This document shows positions 39,610-54,379 of a DNA stretch of 64,000 nucleotides, in pieces. The stretch is taken from positions 107,572,001-107,636,000 of the forward strand of contig NC_045696.1 in NCBI RefSeq assembly GCF_009834535.1, read 5' to 3'. Source of the stretch: Camelus ferus (Eukaryota). Numbering within the stretch: the first letter of the stretch is position 1; every line of letters begins with the position of its first letter. Below the pieces are notes generated by a model that saw only the letters and a list, made by a program, of their open reading frames with translations, ran no database searches and was not told the origin of the DNA. A program made the translations under genes and the position numbers.

Positions 39610-40665
39610 TAACATAACTCTTTATTTTGTTTTTAGTATTATATTACATTTTAAATAAAGTTGTTATTTAATTCATTGTAAGTAATGATATTTTTTAGTC
39701 AAATGAAGACAAGCTTGTTTCTTACAAAACTGTCTCCAGGGATTTTCTGATTATGGAATCAGTACTTCAGGTTTTGTGGAAATATGTACACAGGTGTGGA
39801 TTAACACTGAATACAGGCTAGCAGTTTTTTAAGTTTTATAGTATTGCAATACTGCATACATTTTCATTGTTGCTTTTTGTTTTCCTTGAATTTTTGCCTG
39901 CAGTTTTTAAATTATCCTATTTAACTAGTTTGCAAACATTGTCAGGCTATCAAAAACATTAAGTTCTATTTTGTTTGAAAATTATATTATTTAAGGAGAA
40001 AGAAAAATACGAATTTAAATGTAAATTAACAGATGCACAAACTCCATAGCAGTATTTCCATGTCAGTTATCACTTAAACAATTTTGTAATTATTGTTCAT
40101 AATATATTATCTATTAGAATCAGTTTGTACAAGTGAACTTTGGTTTCCCAACTAAAATATTCTTTGATGTTAGAACTATATTTCCTACTGCTGGTATGAC
40201 GCTGGGGGAATGGTAAGCTAAACCTAAAGAGCCTTGAATGTATAAACCTCTTGGCTTAGAAGTGAGTGGAAAGAAAGTTGCAAAAAAACAAAAATAGAGA
40301 AAAATCTAGAACTCTAGGACTCTGAACTTTACTTGGGGGATTAGAATTTTTGGCTTGTATTGGAATGTCCAGGAAGCAGAGAAACTTAGAAGATTCCAAA
40401 ACTGGTCAAGTTTGAAAGTGCTGGAGAGACTCTGTAGGATGAGGAATAGAGAGACAAAGAGGCAGTGTATAAAATAATTAAAATCAGAGAGAAGTAAGAA
40501 CTTAGTCAGTGGAAGGAGAGGGTTAGAGCAAAGCAGCACAGAAAAGTGGTGAAGGAATTGCCACTTAAATAGTTTTTAAGTGAGTTGGGAACGGATGGGA
40601 AAAATATAAAGTCAGAAACAAAACCAGTTGGAGAGTTACATTTAAATAAAGAATGTGTTTACCAA

Positions 40666-40826
40666 CAGTGTTTTAAGTATGTATTCAGATTATATGGGGA
40701 ACTTATTAAAATGCCAGTTCTGATTCAGTAGCTCTGGGTTGGGGTGTGAGCTGCTACATTTCTAACAAGGTCCTAGGTAGTGTTAATGCTTCTGGTCCAG
40801 AGACCAGACTTTGCATAGTAAGGGTC
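40666..40826. mobile_element. MER5-like hAT-Charlie MITE
   Basis: cttattaaaatgc...ttctgattcagtag.tctggg...catttctaacaag...gcttctggtcc...accagacttt. Confidence 0.7.
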
Positions 40827-43499
40827 TAAAACATTTTCTTAACAAAGCAAGTGTGGATATATTATGGAGTAAAATACAGATGCTTACAAATGCTTAAGGT
40901 TCAACACTAAATACTCAATAAGTATCATATTTATGATAGACTATTCAGATTAAACTGTTAGCCCTTTAGGTCTTAAATGGAATTAAACGTATTTTACAAC
41001 AATCAAGTCCTATTTGAAATTTTGACTCTAATAGCAGTAGTACTTTAAAAAATTAATAGGGATGAGAGATGCCTATACTGTTTAAACTGATGAAAAGTTT
41101 AGGGAATATGATGATCAGGCTAATTGAACTTGATTATTAATTGAAGGAAAATGTTTTAGGCCTCTAAAGGCCCAAGGGCTTTTCTTTTTGATACATTAAA
41201 AGGCATAAGTACTTAGTTTTACATAGTTTTATCTTTTATTTAAAGCAGTAAATTATAATATGTATTACTGTTCTGTTTTCAAGTAGTATTGCTATTTTCA
41301 TGTGTTTGCTGCTGTTTAGTAAAGTGTTATGAATACATTAAAATATATTTCCCAGTTCTCCTCTGTGGCATTCTTGTTAGTTGCAAAAGCAACTGCAAAT
41401 CATATTTAAGGGTTTCTGGTTGATAATCATGATCATAATATTGGCCTTTATGGTCTCCTGTGTTTCACGAGAAACACTTCTTTGTTTAAATCTCTGTTCT
41501 TATTTTGTACACTAGAGTACACTTGGAGCTGAATGCTTATTAAAGCCATATTCCTATACTGTGGTGGGATTCTGATTGTGTCATACTCTGAATTCCTCTT
41601 TGTTTTACTGTAACACATGTTATAGTAATATTTTAGTAATAGACTCATAAAAAGTTGAATTGAAAGAGACCTTAGAAATCATAAAGTAGAATGAGTCTAG
41701 CTTATAGATTAATTGCCAATCAATTAATTAGAATTAACTGACCTGATTATCATTCCTGTTTCTTTGTTTTACTGGGATGATAAATAGCAATGTTTTAGTA
41801 ACAGAATTCTAAAATGTTGAATTGAAAGAGGTTTACAGTCCATAGAGTAGTCTTCCTCTTTTATATGTGAATTATGGATAAAATAATGGAGATTAAGAGA
41901 TCTGCCTATAAACTAGTTCTTTTTTTTTTTCTGTTTACCAAAAAGTAACATTTTAAAGCCATCACAGTCTTTTTAGCAGTCATTGGTTTCAAGGCACAAA
42001 ATACCTTGTATATTTGAGATACATGCCAAATGGTAGGATAAATGGTACTTGGATGTGATGAGTCCGGATTTTCCTATAGGTAGTGTGACCATAGTACTTA
42101 CTGTACAAACTGTGATGCTTTTCAGAGTGACAAAAATGTTGTTAATAATTATTCTGAAGTAGTGAGCATAACCCAGAATATTTCTGGACAGTCTAGAAGT
42201 ATGGTCACCCTCCTTCTTGGCATATGGAATGGTGAGGCTAATTATGACAGTCCTTAATTTAAGACAGAAAGTTAACAAATATATTACTTGTATATGCAGG
42301 AAATCTCTCCAAAATGACAACTTCCTTTCCTTTTTTTTAAAATGTGTTCTTCAAGATTTGCCAGTTACTGGCTCTATTTCAGCAGAGAATAAGACCGAAC
42401 ATAAGAGTATTTAGAAATTTTAGGCTTAATAATTTGGGATGGCATTATTTGCATTGTAAATGATTTTTCATAAAAGGAATAGTGTAAGATTCCATTATAT
42501 GGTGAGCTCCTTTAGTGTATTTATTTGACAGAGAGTTAGCAGGCAGAAAAAACATGAGATAAAATATTACAAGTAACCTTGAAGCCAATTAGAGATGAAT
42601 GGGAACATACCCAGAAAATTGTAATTAAAGTAACCGGGAAAATGAGATTAGTTTGTTATATACAAGATTAGAGGAAACCCTGTAAAATAAATTACACTTA
42701 GATACAGCATGGTAAAATTCACCTAGACATGAATGTAATTTTAATTTATGTTACATAATTTATAAATAATTTTAAATTTAATTTAATTATCTATTTTTCT
42801 GTACAGTGACTCATTATCCATCAATGAGCTACCGTTTTTATTCAGATTCCTAAAAAGTACAAAAAATACTTTGATACCTGATTTTCATGCTGTTTTTAAA
42901 ATTATAACACCAAAAACTGTTTTTAGAAAATAAACTTTTGTTTCATTTTTGAAGTTCCAATCCTTTGTAATCCCAGGGTTTTTACAGCCATTGAGAATTC
43001 CTCAAAGCCTTCCTTTTTATAGTGTCATCTTTCACTATAGAAATATAATGAAGAATATATTCACAATAGAATGAAGTGTCTGAAAGGTGATTATAACCTT
43101 TTGCCTTATTGGCCATAGTAGAATTTTTTTTTTTCTCAAACATGGATTTACCTGATATTCTTGTAGAGATTTGAGAGTAGCAAGTTATTTGGCCATCACA
43201 GATGCCCCAAAACAGAAAGATTGACAGACCATTTTATACTGATTGTTGTCGCTAATACTGGTGAATTTGAAACTCTTACTCAGAAAATGGGTCAATACAT
43301 TATCACATTATTCTGGAATACAGGTTGAGTTTGAGACAAGTGGTTATTGGTGTTAACAGAGTGGATTCTACTAAGCTACCACCTTACAGTCAGAAAGATG
43401 AGAAAATGGTTGAAAAAGTTAGCATCTATACTAAAAATATTGGCTACTACACACAAAAAATTTCTAGAACAGTGACAACGTTCCTGAGTTAAATTTTAA

Positions 43500-45240
43500 T
43501 ATGCCTTCGTTCAAGGCATAGAAGAGTCATCCCTAAACATGCCAGTGGTGTGGAATTACACTACTTAAAGCTGTGAATTGTGCCAGTAACTTATCCGACT
43601 GAAAACCTCATGCTAATTAAGTCAAGATGAATGAGATACTACCAGTTCACTGGAACAATGAAGAATTTGTAGAAACTCTAAAGTAAATGACTGTGAATTC
43701 CATTGTGAAGTAACCCCAACTTGAGACAAAAATAGGGAAAATGTTCTTGAAATTTTCTAGTAGAAATCGAAATACACTGAAAATCAGAGCAGCAAACGCT
43801 GGTGGAAGGAGTAAGCTATCAGTAGTAACTAAGTGGCTGCCCTTCAGCTGAGCTTATTCCCCACTTTGCAAATGCTGTACAGACATTTGGGATGTGGGCG
43901 TTGGTCTGAGAAGCAAAGTAGTGAATAAATACCCCAGATAATTTATGGACACCAAGAGGGACAGGGAACTTCTGCACTCAAAATACAAATTGCATACCTA
44001 CAATTAGAGGAAACGTCTGCCTGATTATAGATTACCTCTTTCCACATTATTGTACAACCAAGGAAGCCAGCACTTTGCAATCAGATTCAAGAAAAAGGCT
44101 CTAGCTACCAGTATTCTTGATCTAGATTCATTAACATGTATATACTGGCAGCGAAGAAACTATGAAACTTGAAAAAAAAATCAATACCAGGAAAAGAAGC
44201 ACAAAGCCCAATAATACACTGGTGAAGATTTTTTGTTAATGTCTCCAAATATAAGAAGAAGCCATTATGAAAGAAGAAGAGGGCTCTTAGAAATTAAAAG
44301 CATGAATTTTGAAATGTAGGGGTGAGGTGGATCTTTAAACGGCCTAAATGGACATAACCAAAGATTGGCTATAAATCAAGGGATTTTTCCAGGAATTAGT
44401 GCAAAAGAAGAAAGAAATGAAAAGTGGGTGAGAGAAATTAAGAGATAGGGAGTACAGATTAAGAAGTTTATTGTATTATCTAGTAGAAACTCTTTAAAGA
44501 AAATGAAGGGAGGAATTAATAAAAGGATATGCAGTTAAAATGTTTACTACCTATGCACTCTTATGCAGAGTATTACTTGAGGATGTTTTCTAGCAAAATG
44601 AAAAATAGATAACAATAAAAGGAAAATAAGCAATATAAGAAGTATTGGTAAGTAAATCTGAAAATAATTAGAACTAAGCCTAAAATAATGTAGCTGTGAA
44701 GCCTAAGGCAAATATCTAAAAGTTATTCTTAAAATATTCACATTAAATGAAGAGAAATAGATAAATGTGCTAAGGATCTTGGTGATGGAAAAAAATATAA
44801 GTTAGAAAATAAAACTGAAGAAAGCACATATAAAGACAATGTCATCAGGAGACTGGAGACAGATGTCAACATTTGTAAACAGGAGACAGATGTCAACATT
44901 TGTAATCTCAGTAAATGTAAATGAGTTAACAGGTTTTATTAAAAAAAGACATTGTCATTTAGGGTTAAGATAAATTAAAATGTTTATAAACACATCTTAA
45001 TCAAAAATTTAACAGAGGAAGGAAACAAACTGGATAAAAGCTGAATATAGTTAACAAATGCTTACAAAAAGCTGAAGGGACAGTATCATGTAAGATAAAT
45101 CAGAATTGAAACCAAAAGCATTAAGAGGGACATAGTTTATATGTATAGGAGGTATGTAATTCACCAAATATATAATTGTGAACTTTTTAATACACTCTTC
45201 TACAGTGATACTTAATCATGTATACATAGTCAGGCATAAA
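43500..45240 (+). mobile_element. Very old L1/HAL1-like remnant
   Basis: A-rich plus strand with degenerate ORF1/early ORF2-like motifs (aaatgtaaatgagttaa). Family and boundaries are uncertain. Confidence 0.4.
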
Positions 45241-45260
45241 AACAAGTTTATTCAGCATAG

Positions 45261-45419
45261 GGGTTTTTTAAATTATGGTGAAATAACAAAATTTACCATT
45301 TAGTTCATTGGCACTAAGTACATTCACGTAGCCGTGCAACTGTCACTGCCATCAATCTGTAGAAATTTTTCAAAATTTTCCTAAATTGAGACTCTGTACC
45401 CACTAAATAATATCTCCAT
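45261..45419 (-). mobile_element. Short L1MB-like 3' fragment
   Basis: ggcactaagtacattcac...tgcaactgtcactgccatc...gagactctgtacccactaaataata. TSD ttcagcatag at 45251-45260 and 45420-45429. Confidence 0.75.
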
Positions 45420-47004
45420 TTCAGCATAGACTTAATAGCCTATTTTTTTTAACTACTGGTTTTTCTGTTTTCTGCTGCTAATTTTCATTTTTGACACCAG
45501 GTTGTGCACTACTTGTGCTTGTCACTGTTGGAATGATGTTACTCATAGTCTAAGGATATTTTCCTAGGATATGCAATTTGGAAAGTTTGAGTATATCTGG
45601 CTGCAAACCTTTGCCCATCTTCTTTCTATGCAGAGATGCTAACCGATTATTATCTCCTCTGACTTTGACAGAAATCATTGGGAGACTGTGGGGTGTTGTG
45701 TGTACCGTGTGTGTACGTACTTTTCCTGAGGCATTTCAGAAGCCAGAATGGGATATTTGAAATACTGTGGAAATGAAGTATAGAATTCAGGAGGGCAAAT
45801 GAGATAGAACTTTAATTAGGTCATCAAAATTTACATAGAAGTTGATAATGATAGAATTAGGAATGAGGAAGAAAACCAATGCACGTGCCAAATGTGCCAA
45901 GATACCAATAGGCAACCAGGAGGTCTACCAAGGTGACTTTCACACATTTTTGGGCCACTTCTCATGATGCTAAAACCATTTTCTTTCACAAGTATAAGAA
46001 CATATAACTAAAATAAGAGTTATATGAAATAGTACTTAATGTTCTATGTACTATACACACTTTACCACTGTTTCATTTTTTTTTTTTTTGAAACTTTGGT
46101 TTCAGTACATTAAGTTAGTTTCACTGCTAATGAATGGGTTGCCATCTGTTGTTTGGAAAACACTGCTCCAAAGAAAAGAAAAGAAAAACAGTGCTCTAGA
46201 AAGTGTCATGTCATGGGTGTCATGAGCCTCAAAGGTGGAAGAACTTTTATACAAAGATGAAGTTAATTGTAAGCAGCAGAAACTAGGACCAACACCTCAA
46301 CTTACCTTTTCTAAAGAACTTTACTGGATCTTCTCGGTTTAATGACTGACAAGTGGTAGAGAGTTTGGTATGAAGTGTTTGATGAGTAACTTGAGGGTGT
46401 TTGTTTACTGTGGGAACATGGATTTCAAAGAAAATTGAAAGGAGTAATGAGCAACAAAAAGTGGAGGTGAGGTGAGATGGGAAATTCACTGAGTTAAGTG
46501 GAAAAGAAGAGTGGTGGAGTAACTTACATTTTAGCCTTAACCAAGAAAACATAGATAAAAAGTAAGGCTGGTACCAAAGTTGCAAATGGAATTCTAAGAG
46601 AAAGTAATTAATTTTCTTTTTTCTTAAAAAAAAGTTATATAGAGAGACAAACAACAGTAATGAAAAGTGACCTAGATCCAACTTATAACTTCAGGAATTC
46701 TGTTAACTAGTTATACTCTCAATTTCCTCATTTATAAATGATGTCATTGGACTAGGAGATCCTTAGCTTTACTACTGTCTTAAAAGAAATTGATTGAGTC
46801 TACATATTAAATCCCCATTATGGACAGTGAATACAAATATATATATATATTTGTTTATTTATTTATTTATCTATCTATCTAAGTGGCTCTTGGAAACATT
46901 TTAACCAATTTTAATAAACCAAGAATATGGCTTATTAACTCAAAGTATTAGTAGTAGTTTCTTTATTAAATGTTCTTCAGTCACACTTGATTTGTTATTT
47001 TTAG

Positions 47005-47133
<129 letters not shown>

Positions 47134-49772
47134 TGATAAGTTGACTTACATATTGTTTTGGGTTTCCATTAATAATCATATCCCTTATAGATCATTTCTT
47201 AAAAATGAGTACATGCAAGCATGCTGTGTGTCTTTTTTGCAAAGAAAACAGTTTGTTTCCTGTTAACAAGCAAAGATATCTCAATAGTATATAACATCTT
47301 TCTAGATTAGGACTGCTACCATGCCACACAAGCACACAAGTTTTCAAAATTCCTGTGAATGTCATGTAATACTCAAAAAGCTTTTCTTTATGCTAACTTG
47401 AGACACAAAATACTGATGTACCTAACATTAAAAAAAATACATCCAGAAACATTTTGCAATATATGTCCACTTAGCCTTTCATATACAAGGATTTAATTAG
47501 ACCATGGTCATCCCCTCTTTTGTTATATTTTCTTAAATATTAAAATCAGGAAATCAAAAATAAAGTCACTTACCTAGTTATTCAAGAAATAGGGAAAATA
47601 ATTGCTATATGATAATTTCTGAAGTATGTATCTTATTACATGTTACATAATAACATGAACAGCAGAATGGATATGTATACTTAATAAAGCATTTATATTC
47701 TAAAAGCTTATGAGTATTAGCTCTTCAAAACTAGAAATGTTTTTTCCTCTATGTAGCTTATTTTTCAGTCTAGCCTGTAATAGTACTTCAAAGAACTGCT
47801 ATTACATGTAATCCATACAACGGTCGTGGAATATAGATGATACCTCAATGTAAGTGAGGTTTATAATGAACTAAACATGGACTTTAGAATCAAAAGAAAT
47901 AGATTCAGATTTTTAACTCTATCCTTTGTGACTAATGTCTTCATGTTTTCTGATCCTTAGCTTCCTTTTCATTGTTATAATGTAGAGATTATTTTTCTTA
48001 TTTCTGTTATATAGTCATTGTGAGGATTAAGTGAAATAGTATAGTATTGATTCTCTATTCTGTTTCCCCTACTCTTCTGTGTGGTTCAACCCTCTGGTAT
48101 ATAAAAGCAGAGTGAGCCATCACTTGCAGCAGACTACTTAAACAGGATAGTGATCATCCCACAGTACTCCTTCCAAGCAGAGATGCTGATTGGTATCATC
48201 TGCTCTGGCTTTGACAAAGTTCAGTGAGAGAAGCAGCAGCTGTGCATCATACCCAGATACACTCCAGTAAACTGGCCAAAATTGTTTCTTTTAAATTCAA
48301 AGTATTTGCCTCACAACCTCATTCTTAATCTGTAACACAAATCCTTCCCCCAAATTTCCTAGCCCTTCTTTCAGGATAGTGTTTATTGTGGTACATTTGC
48401 CCCACCTCTGTTATTTACTTAATTGTCATGTGCTTTTTCCCTCCATATCTTTGGTAGGAAGATGGCTCTGTTATTAAGTTGACAAGGCCTTCTACTGATT
48501 AGGTCAAACTCTCAGCTGGACTCTGGATTCCTTTCACTTTTGAAGTGATCAGAGAAATATGAACATACATTCTAAAGATTCTCCTCTTTATTTACTTATA
48601 TGTGTTCCTGCTAAGTTCACTGACTTCCTAAGTCTGTTTTTAACTAATCTTAATATTTTCCCTAGTAAATCAGTTTCTTTTCTAATCACTACAGCCCAGT
48701 ACATTTAATAGTACGTTTTCCTTCCCTTGCTTATGGCTGTAGAATCAGCAGATTACCAGATAAGAGTAGGTTACGCTTCTCATTTATGATTCCAGGCCAT
48801 TTTTCTTTTTGTCACCCTATGCTCTAAAAGGTATTTCCAAGGAGAAGTGAGGAAGATTCAAGGTGCTGTGATTTGTTATTATTAACTTTTTACTCTCATT
48901 TTAATAAGATGTGTTAGGCAGAAAATAGTAATTACTTTGTCTGTCAGTCATCAGAGTGTTCTAGATAGCTTTACCTTGTTGAAATAACTATGTATATTAG
49001 GTTTTCTTTGTGGTTTAAATTTAGTTGATGTTACGTTTTTAGCATTCAGTCAAGAAATTGGCTTGGTGTGGCTTGGGTTTGGTTGGTTTGATTTTAACCA
49101 GAAGAGTGAATTGTTTTTAAAATTGGAAAAAATTTTAAGTGAACCAGTTTTAAAACGGGTACAATTGAATCTGGGAAGGCAAGGCTGGGGAACTTATTTA
49201 TAACAAGTCCAGAACCCTCTGACATCATGATTCAACTTTTTTTCATACGTTTGTCCATATGCATGCTGTGCCATAGATAAACTCTGGTATGGAATGGTAT
49301 CCAAATCAATTTTCTGAGCTAGTGTTTCGCTGTATTTTATTGATAACAAAATGCCACTAGTAACTGAACTTATTTTCTTAAGACTAATTAGAAAATAAGT
49401 TATATTTCAGGTAGGTGAATTATGATAGATATTCCAGTGGATGAAAGTCCAGTTGGCAGTTGCAGATACAAGACTAAAATTTGGGAAAACAGATACATTG
49501 TCAAAGACTACCAGTAGAAATTTAAATCACAACTGCTACAAGACTATCTTGCAGTGTTTTTAAGGGACAGAGGTTTTTGGGGAAGGGGAGGAGGGTGAAT
49601 TCTACAGTGTAAACAAATTGCTGGATAAATTTTTAGTATAATGTCAGCATCTGCATAACAGGTAAACAGGCAAAAACAGGGCCATACCTAAGTCATATAA
49701 CTTCTCTGGGTTTCAGCTTCTTCATTTATCGAAAAAGGCCCTTTGATTAGATAATCTTCTGTGGTCATTTCT

Positions 49773-49916
49773 TTTTTTGTGTGAGAAGGTAATTAGGTTT
49801 GTTTATTTATTTATTTACTTAATTTTTTTTAACAGAGGTACTAGGGATTGAATCCAGGACCTTGTACATGCTAAGCCTGCAGTCTGCCACTGAGCTATCC
49901 CCCCACCACCCCCAAC
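49773..49916 (-). mobile_element. tRNA-derived SINE, Vic-1-like (camelid), inserted in a MIR3-like remnant
   Basis: The minus strand has Pol III A-box tagctcagtgg and B-box-like ggattcaatccc, then an (AAAT)n region and acctaattacct. TSD tctgtggtcatttct at 49758-49772 / tctggggtcatttct at 49917-49931. Confidence 0.85.
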
Positions 49917-49989
49917 TCTGGGGTCATTTCTAATGCTAGAATTCTGTGATTAAGTTGAAGTAATATGAATAAGAATTCTTCAAGTAGGG

Positions 49990-50960
49990 GATCATTAATT
50001 CATGTATAATTTACAAATATTTATTGACTACCTTCTATATGCTGTTATACTAAGCACTGAGGGTGCAGTTTTAAGAAAGGTCAGCTCACTGCCCATAGCT
50101 ACATTCAAGTGGGGAAAGCAGACCAAAACTAACTAAACAAAATAATTTCAAAAGTTAATGTGTCTCTGTTATAGATGATAATAATAAGAAGGGATCCATC
50201 TTTATTTTGAATCCTGAAAGGCAGATCTCTCTATGGAGGCAACCTGTGAGCCAAGAATCTAAAAGATATGAGGACTAGCCGTGGAAGGTGTCAAAAAAGA
50301 GCTACCTAGATAGAGGAAATAGCAATAGCAGTGTATCTGAAGCACAGATGACATTGTTACATTCCAGGAGCTGCAGTAACTAGAGCATAGTGAGCCAGGG
50401 GCACTAGATGAGATAGAGGCAGAACATTTAAGTTCATAAGTGGATTTATTTAGTTGATTCTAAGTGTAATAGGAAGCCATTGAAGGATTTTAAACAGGGG
50501 AGTGATGTGATCAAATTCATATTTTAAGAAAAATGCTTTTCGTCAGCATGGTTTAGAATAGGCAGAAAATTAATTAGATAACTGTTGCAGTGGTCTCATG
50601 GTAAATGATAAAGTATAGAAGACAGAGATGAATTATAGAAGGAAAGAGGCCATGGTGAGTTTTAAATATTGTGGATAAGGAGGGGACAAAAGCAGGAAGA
50701 GCAAGAAAGATAGCAAGCTATATAAAAAGGATGATCAGAAATAATTATACCCTATAAAAGCACAGCAAGGAGCTGTAGTTAATAATATGTATTGCAGAGG
50801 AGAAAAAGAACTATGCAAAGATCATTAGCTTTGGTGAAGATTTAGGTCATTGATGACTTCTAAGTGTTTCTTTTCAGTGGTAATAGGGAGAAAGGCATAA
50901 TTCAAGGTCATAAGAATAAAATCATTAATGAGGAAATGGAGATAGTGTGTAAGGAGGTTT
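49990..50960 (-). mobile_element. L2 remnant
   Basis: caaatatttattgactacct...aggaagccattgaaggattttaaacaggggagtgatgtgatcaaatt are typical antisense L2 motifs. Confidence 0.75.
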
Positions 50961-51849
50961 CTGAAGACTTAGAAAGTTATGTAGTTATCTGATAATTCAT
51001 AGTGTGAACAGCAACCCATTGCTTTCAGCCTTTTTGATTGCTTGGCTCTTGTTTGTGCCTTAAGGCTTACTTTGCTTTCAATGTTATTATTTCATTTTGC
51101 AGTATCCCAAAAGAGGTTTCAAATTACAAACTAAGTAACAAAAAAGTTGGCATTGGACACTGTATAAGATTCATTTCATCTTCAGCACTAACATGGATTT
51201 TAGTGTATTGTAGGGGAATGTTTCCATACTTGAGAAAAGTTGTTCTCTCCTTACTTTCCATAGAACTAGATTTTTTTCATAAATAAAAGAACATACATTT
51301 AGTTCATAAGACAATTTTGTCATTACTTTATCCCCAGCCAAATGTGAAAATTATGAAATTCTAGAATCATAAAATAGAAACTTGGTTGTTTCATTGAGTA
51401 GAAGGCTTTTTCATATTATTAGGCACTGGATCAGGGAGTGTAAGTGCAAAGCTGAAGCTTTGTGGTTTCTTGTGGTTTTCCTAAGACAAGCTGAAGTTCA
51501 TGTGTTTTTCCTACCACAATTAAAATATTAGAACAAAAAATGATTAAGATGTACATATATATTCCTGTTCAGGATGATTTTGATGCAGAATAAAGGACAA
51601 AATGTCATGCCTTTGTTTGCCTTTTCATTGCTGTTGCCCCAGTTTATTTAAAATAATCAATATAAGCTTCTCCACTTCTAAAGCTTAATCTTTTTTTACT
51701 TTTAATTTATACCAAGTTCTGTCTCTGTAATCCCCACATCTATTGGTCTTTAACATTATAAGTATACAGAGAAAGGAACAGAGAGGGAGGGAGGCAGAAG
51801 GATAAAATTAAACTATTCAAATTAGTCTCCAAATCTGTCTTTAAAAAAT

Positions 51850-53830
51850 ACACAGAAATGAATTCAGCAAGGAAAGTACAGAATCAATGTGGAGAAAATC
51901 ATAATGTTTTGTTAAATGTCAAATAAGATCTGACATGAAGAGCTATATCACGTTCCTTGGCTGAAGAGATTATTAAAATGTCAGTTCTTCCCAGTGTAAT
52001 GTGTAATTTTCCTAAAATACCAGTTCAAATTCCAGTGGGTCGGAGAGAGTTCTGGACAGTGAGGTGAGAGGAGGAACTAAAAGCAAAATGATTTCAAAGT
52101 TTACATAGAATTTTAGGCTTACGTGAAAAATGTAGTATGGCATAGTCCTTAGGAGCACAGGCTTTGGCTTTACTACTTGCTGAATGCTTTGAATGCTCTT
52201 TGGTTCACTTTCCCCATCTGTAAAGTGTGAGGATATTAATTCTTATCTCTTGAAATTGTTTTAAGGATAAAACAAGTTAAATGCATATAAATCACTTATA
52301 ATTGTGCATTATACATAGAAAATTCTTATAAATTGTTACTAGCTTTGTAGAAATCAAAGATTATAGGAAAAGGACTAGATAAGGGAAATTTGTTCAACTA
52401 AATATTCAAATTACATTAAGTTACATATTAATGAATATTATAATATATAAAGTCACTATAATCAAAAATGTGGCATTGTAATGTAAATAGATTAGTGAAA
52501 TGAAATGAAGAATCCAGAAATAGATCTAAGTATATATGAACACCTAAAACATGTTAAAAGGTGACATTTACATTCAAAAGGAAAACTGGTTTATTTAATA
52601 ATGGTGAAGGCATAATTGGCTGCTCATTTGGTGCCAATAAACGGGCCCATATTGATACTTTCAACAGAAATAAATTTCAGACAGATTAAAGATGTAAAAA
52701 CAAGCAATAGAGATGGAAGAAAACGTATTTCTGTAATCTCTGGGACAAAGAAACCTTGTATCTTTGAAAGCAATGTAAGAAACCCACAAGCCTTTTTGTA
52801 TCAATATGAGATAATAGATGTTAACTAAACTTACTGTGGTAATTATTTCATGATATGTGTAAGTTAAATTATTGCATTGTACAGCTTAAACCTGTATGGT
52901 ACCCTATGTCAACTATATCTCAAAAAAACTGGAAAGAAAAAAAAAACTATAGAAGCCATAAAACAAATCAGTACAGATATGACTTTGTAAAAATATAATT
53001 TCTAACAAAAGATACATGAAGAGTCTAAAAACAAAAAAATAAACTGGAAGAAAATTACCTGCATCATTTAAAGACAACACTACTAATACATAAGAATTCA
53101 AGAAAGGTGAATAACAGTAGAAAAAGTGAGCAAAGAATGTTTATTCTTTATTCTGAGAAGAGTCTCAGAAAAGAAATTCTAAACTAATAAATAAGGAAAT
53201 ACACTGCACTAATTAGTAATTAGGATGGAGCTAAATAACAAATACCACTTTTCAGTCATTGGATTGGCAAAAGTTAAAAGGATTTATAACATCAAGTGTT
53301 GGCAGGGATGGTGAGGAACCAAACATTCTCATCGTTGTAGGTATAGATTTGAATAGCAGTAAATAACCTTATTCATTTGTCAGTACTGAGATTTTAATCT
53401 TTGACTGCTTATTCCCTCTCTTGAAATTTGTTCTACAGAAATAAAAGCATCAGCTACATAAATACATGTGTATTTAAGATACTTATTCAGCATTGTTTAT
53501 AGTGACAAAACTTTGGGGAAATTTGAGTGAGTGTTAGTAGGAGAAGTTTGAATAAATTGTACAACACAAATTATGTAATAGCTTGTAATTATTTAAGATA
53601 ATTTTTTATATGTGTCATGTAGTGACTTGAAAGATACTCAGAATCTGTTGTTAAAGATATATCATGTTCTTTTATTAAAAAACAGGAAACATATATGAGC
53701 TTTGAAATGATATAGAAGGAAAATTTTGACATTGCCTAATTCAGAAGTTTGGTATTACAAGAGACCAAGTGTAGAAGAAACCAGAGTTTATCCTCTTTTT
53801 CTTTACTTTGTATATCTCTTTCTTGTTTGA
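51850..53830 (+). mobile_element. Old L1ME-like 3' region with a nested MIR (about 52130-52340) and a short L1 3' end (about 52803-52945)
   Basis: attggcaaaagttaaaag...aagtgttggcagggatg; ttattcagcattgtttatagtgacaaaa; MIR core tttccccatctgtaaagtg. Confidence 0.65.
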
Positions 53831-54006
53831 CTTAATGACAAGCACGTATTATTCTTAAAGAAAGACAAAGGACAAAGGGCTTAACTTTAGTCTTTAAAAT
53901 AAGTAATGAAATGTGTTTGTGGTTTTTTTAAATAATTGTATTCCTTTTTAATTGATGCTTATTGTAAAACTATCCACTCATACTAATGTGTTCTGTTTCA
54001 CTTTAG

Positions 54007-54110
54007 CAATGTCTGACCGTCAAGAGAGTGCTCTTATAGAGCTAATGGTTTGTACAATTCGTCAAGCTGCTGAGGCACATCCTCCAGTGGGAAGGGGTAC
54101 CGGCAAGAGA
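54007..54110 (+). CDS. STAG1: STAG1 coding exon (approx. exon 16), 104 nt
   Basis: Acceptor tttcactttAG, donor AGA|gtaagt. Translates (A)[34 protein letters not shown]. Confidence 0.97.
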
Positions 54111-54379
54111 GTAAGTTACATTAGTGAGAAATCTACAAAAAAGCTTTTAATGTAATAAACTGTCTTAAATATTTGAAAATTTTACTGGTGTATGTATCCC
54201 TAAAAACATGGAATTTTTGTAAATAGTATTTGCTGTGGAGGTTCATCTTTATATCCTGTCTACTATACTCAGGTTCCAAAAATAGATTCTTTTCATCCAT
54301 GTTCCTATAGCACCTGTGCCTGCTTCTCTAATTTATAATCTTAAGAATTTTCACATTTGTTATTTGTTAGAAGTACAGA

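Noticed and set aside
41650..41850. Repeated gttgaattgaaagag as a regulatory repeat or array
   Set aside because: There are only two copies, and both look like degenerate MIR-family fragments.
49850..49900. tRNA gene
   Set aside because: It is the tRNA-related head of a TSD-flanked SINE, and I could not see an intact cloverleaf.
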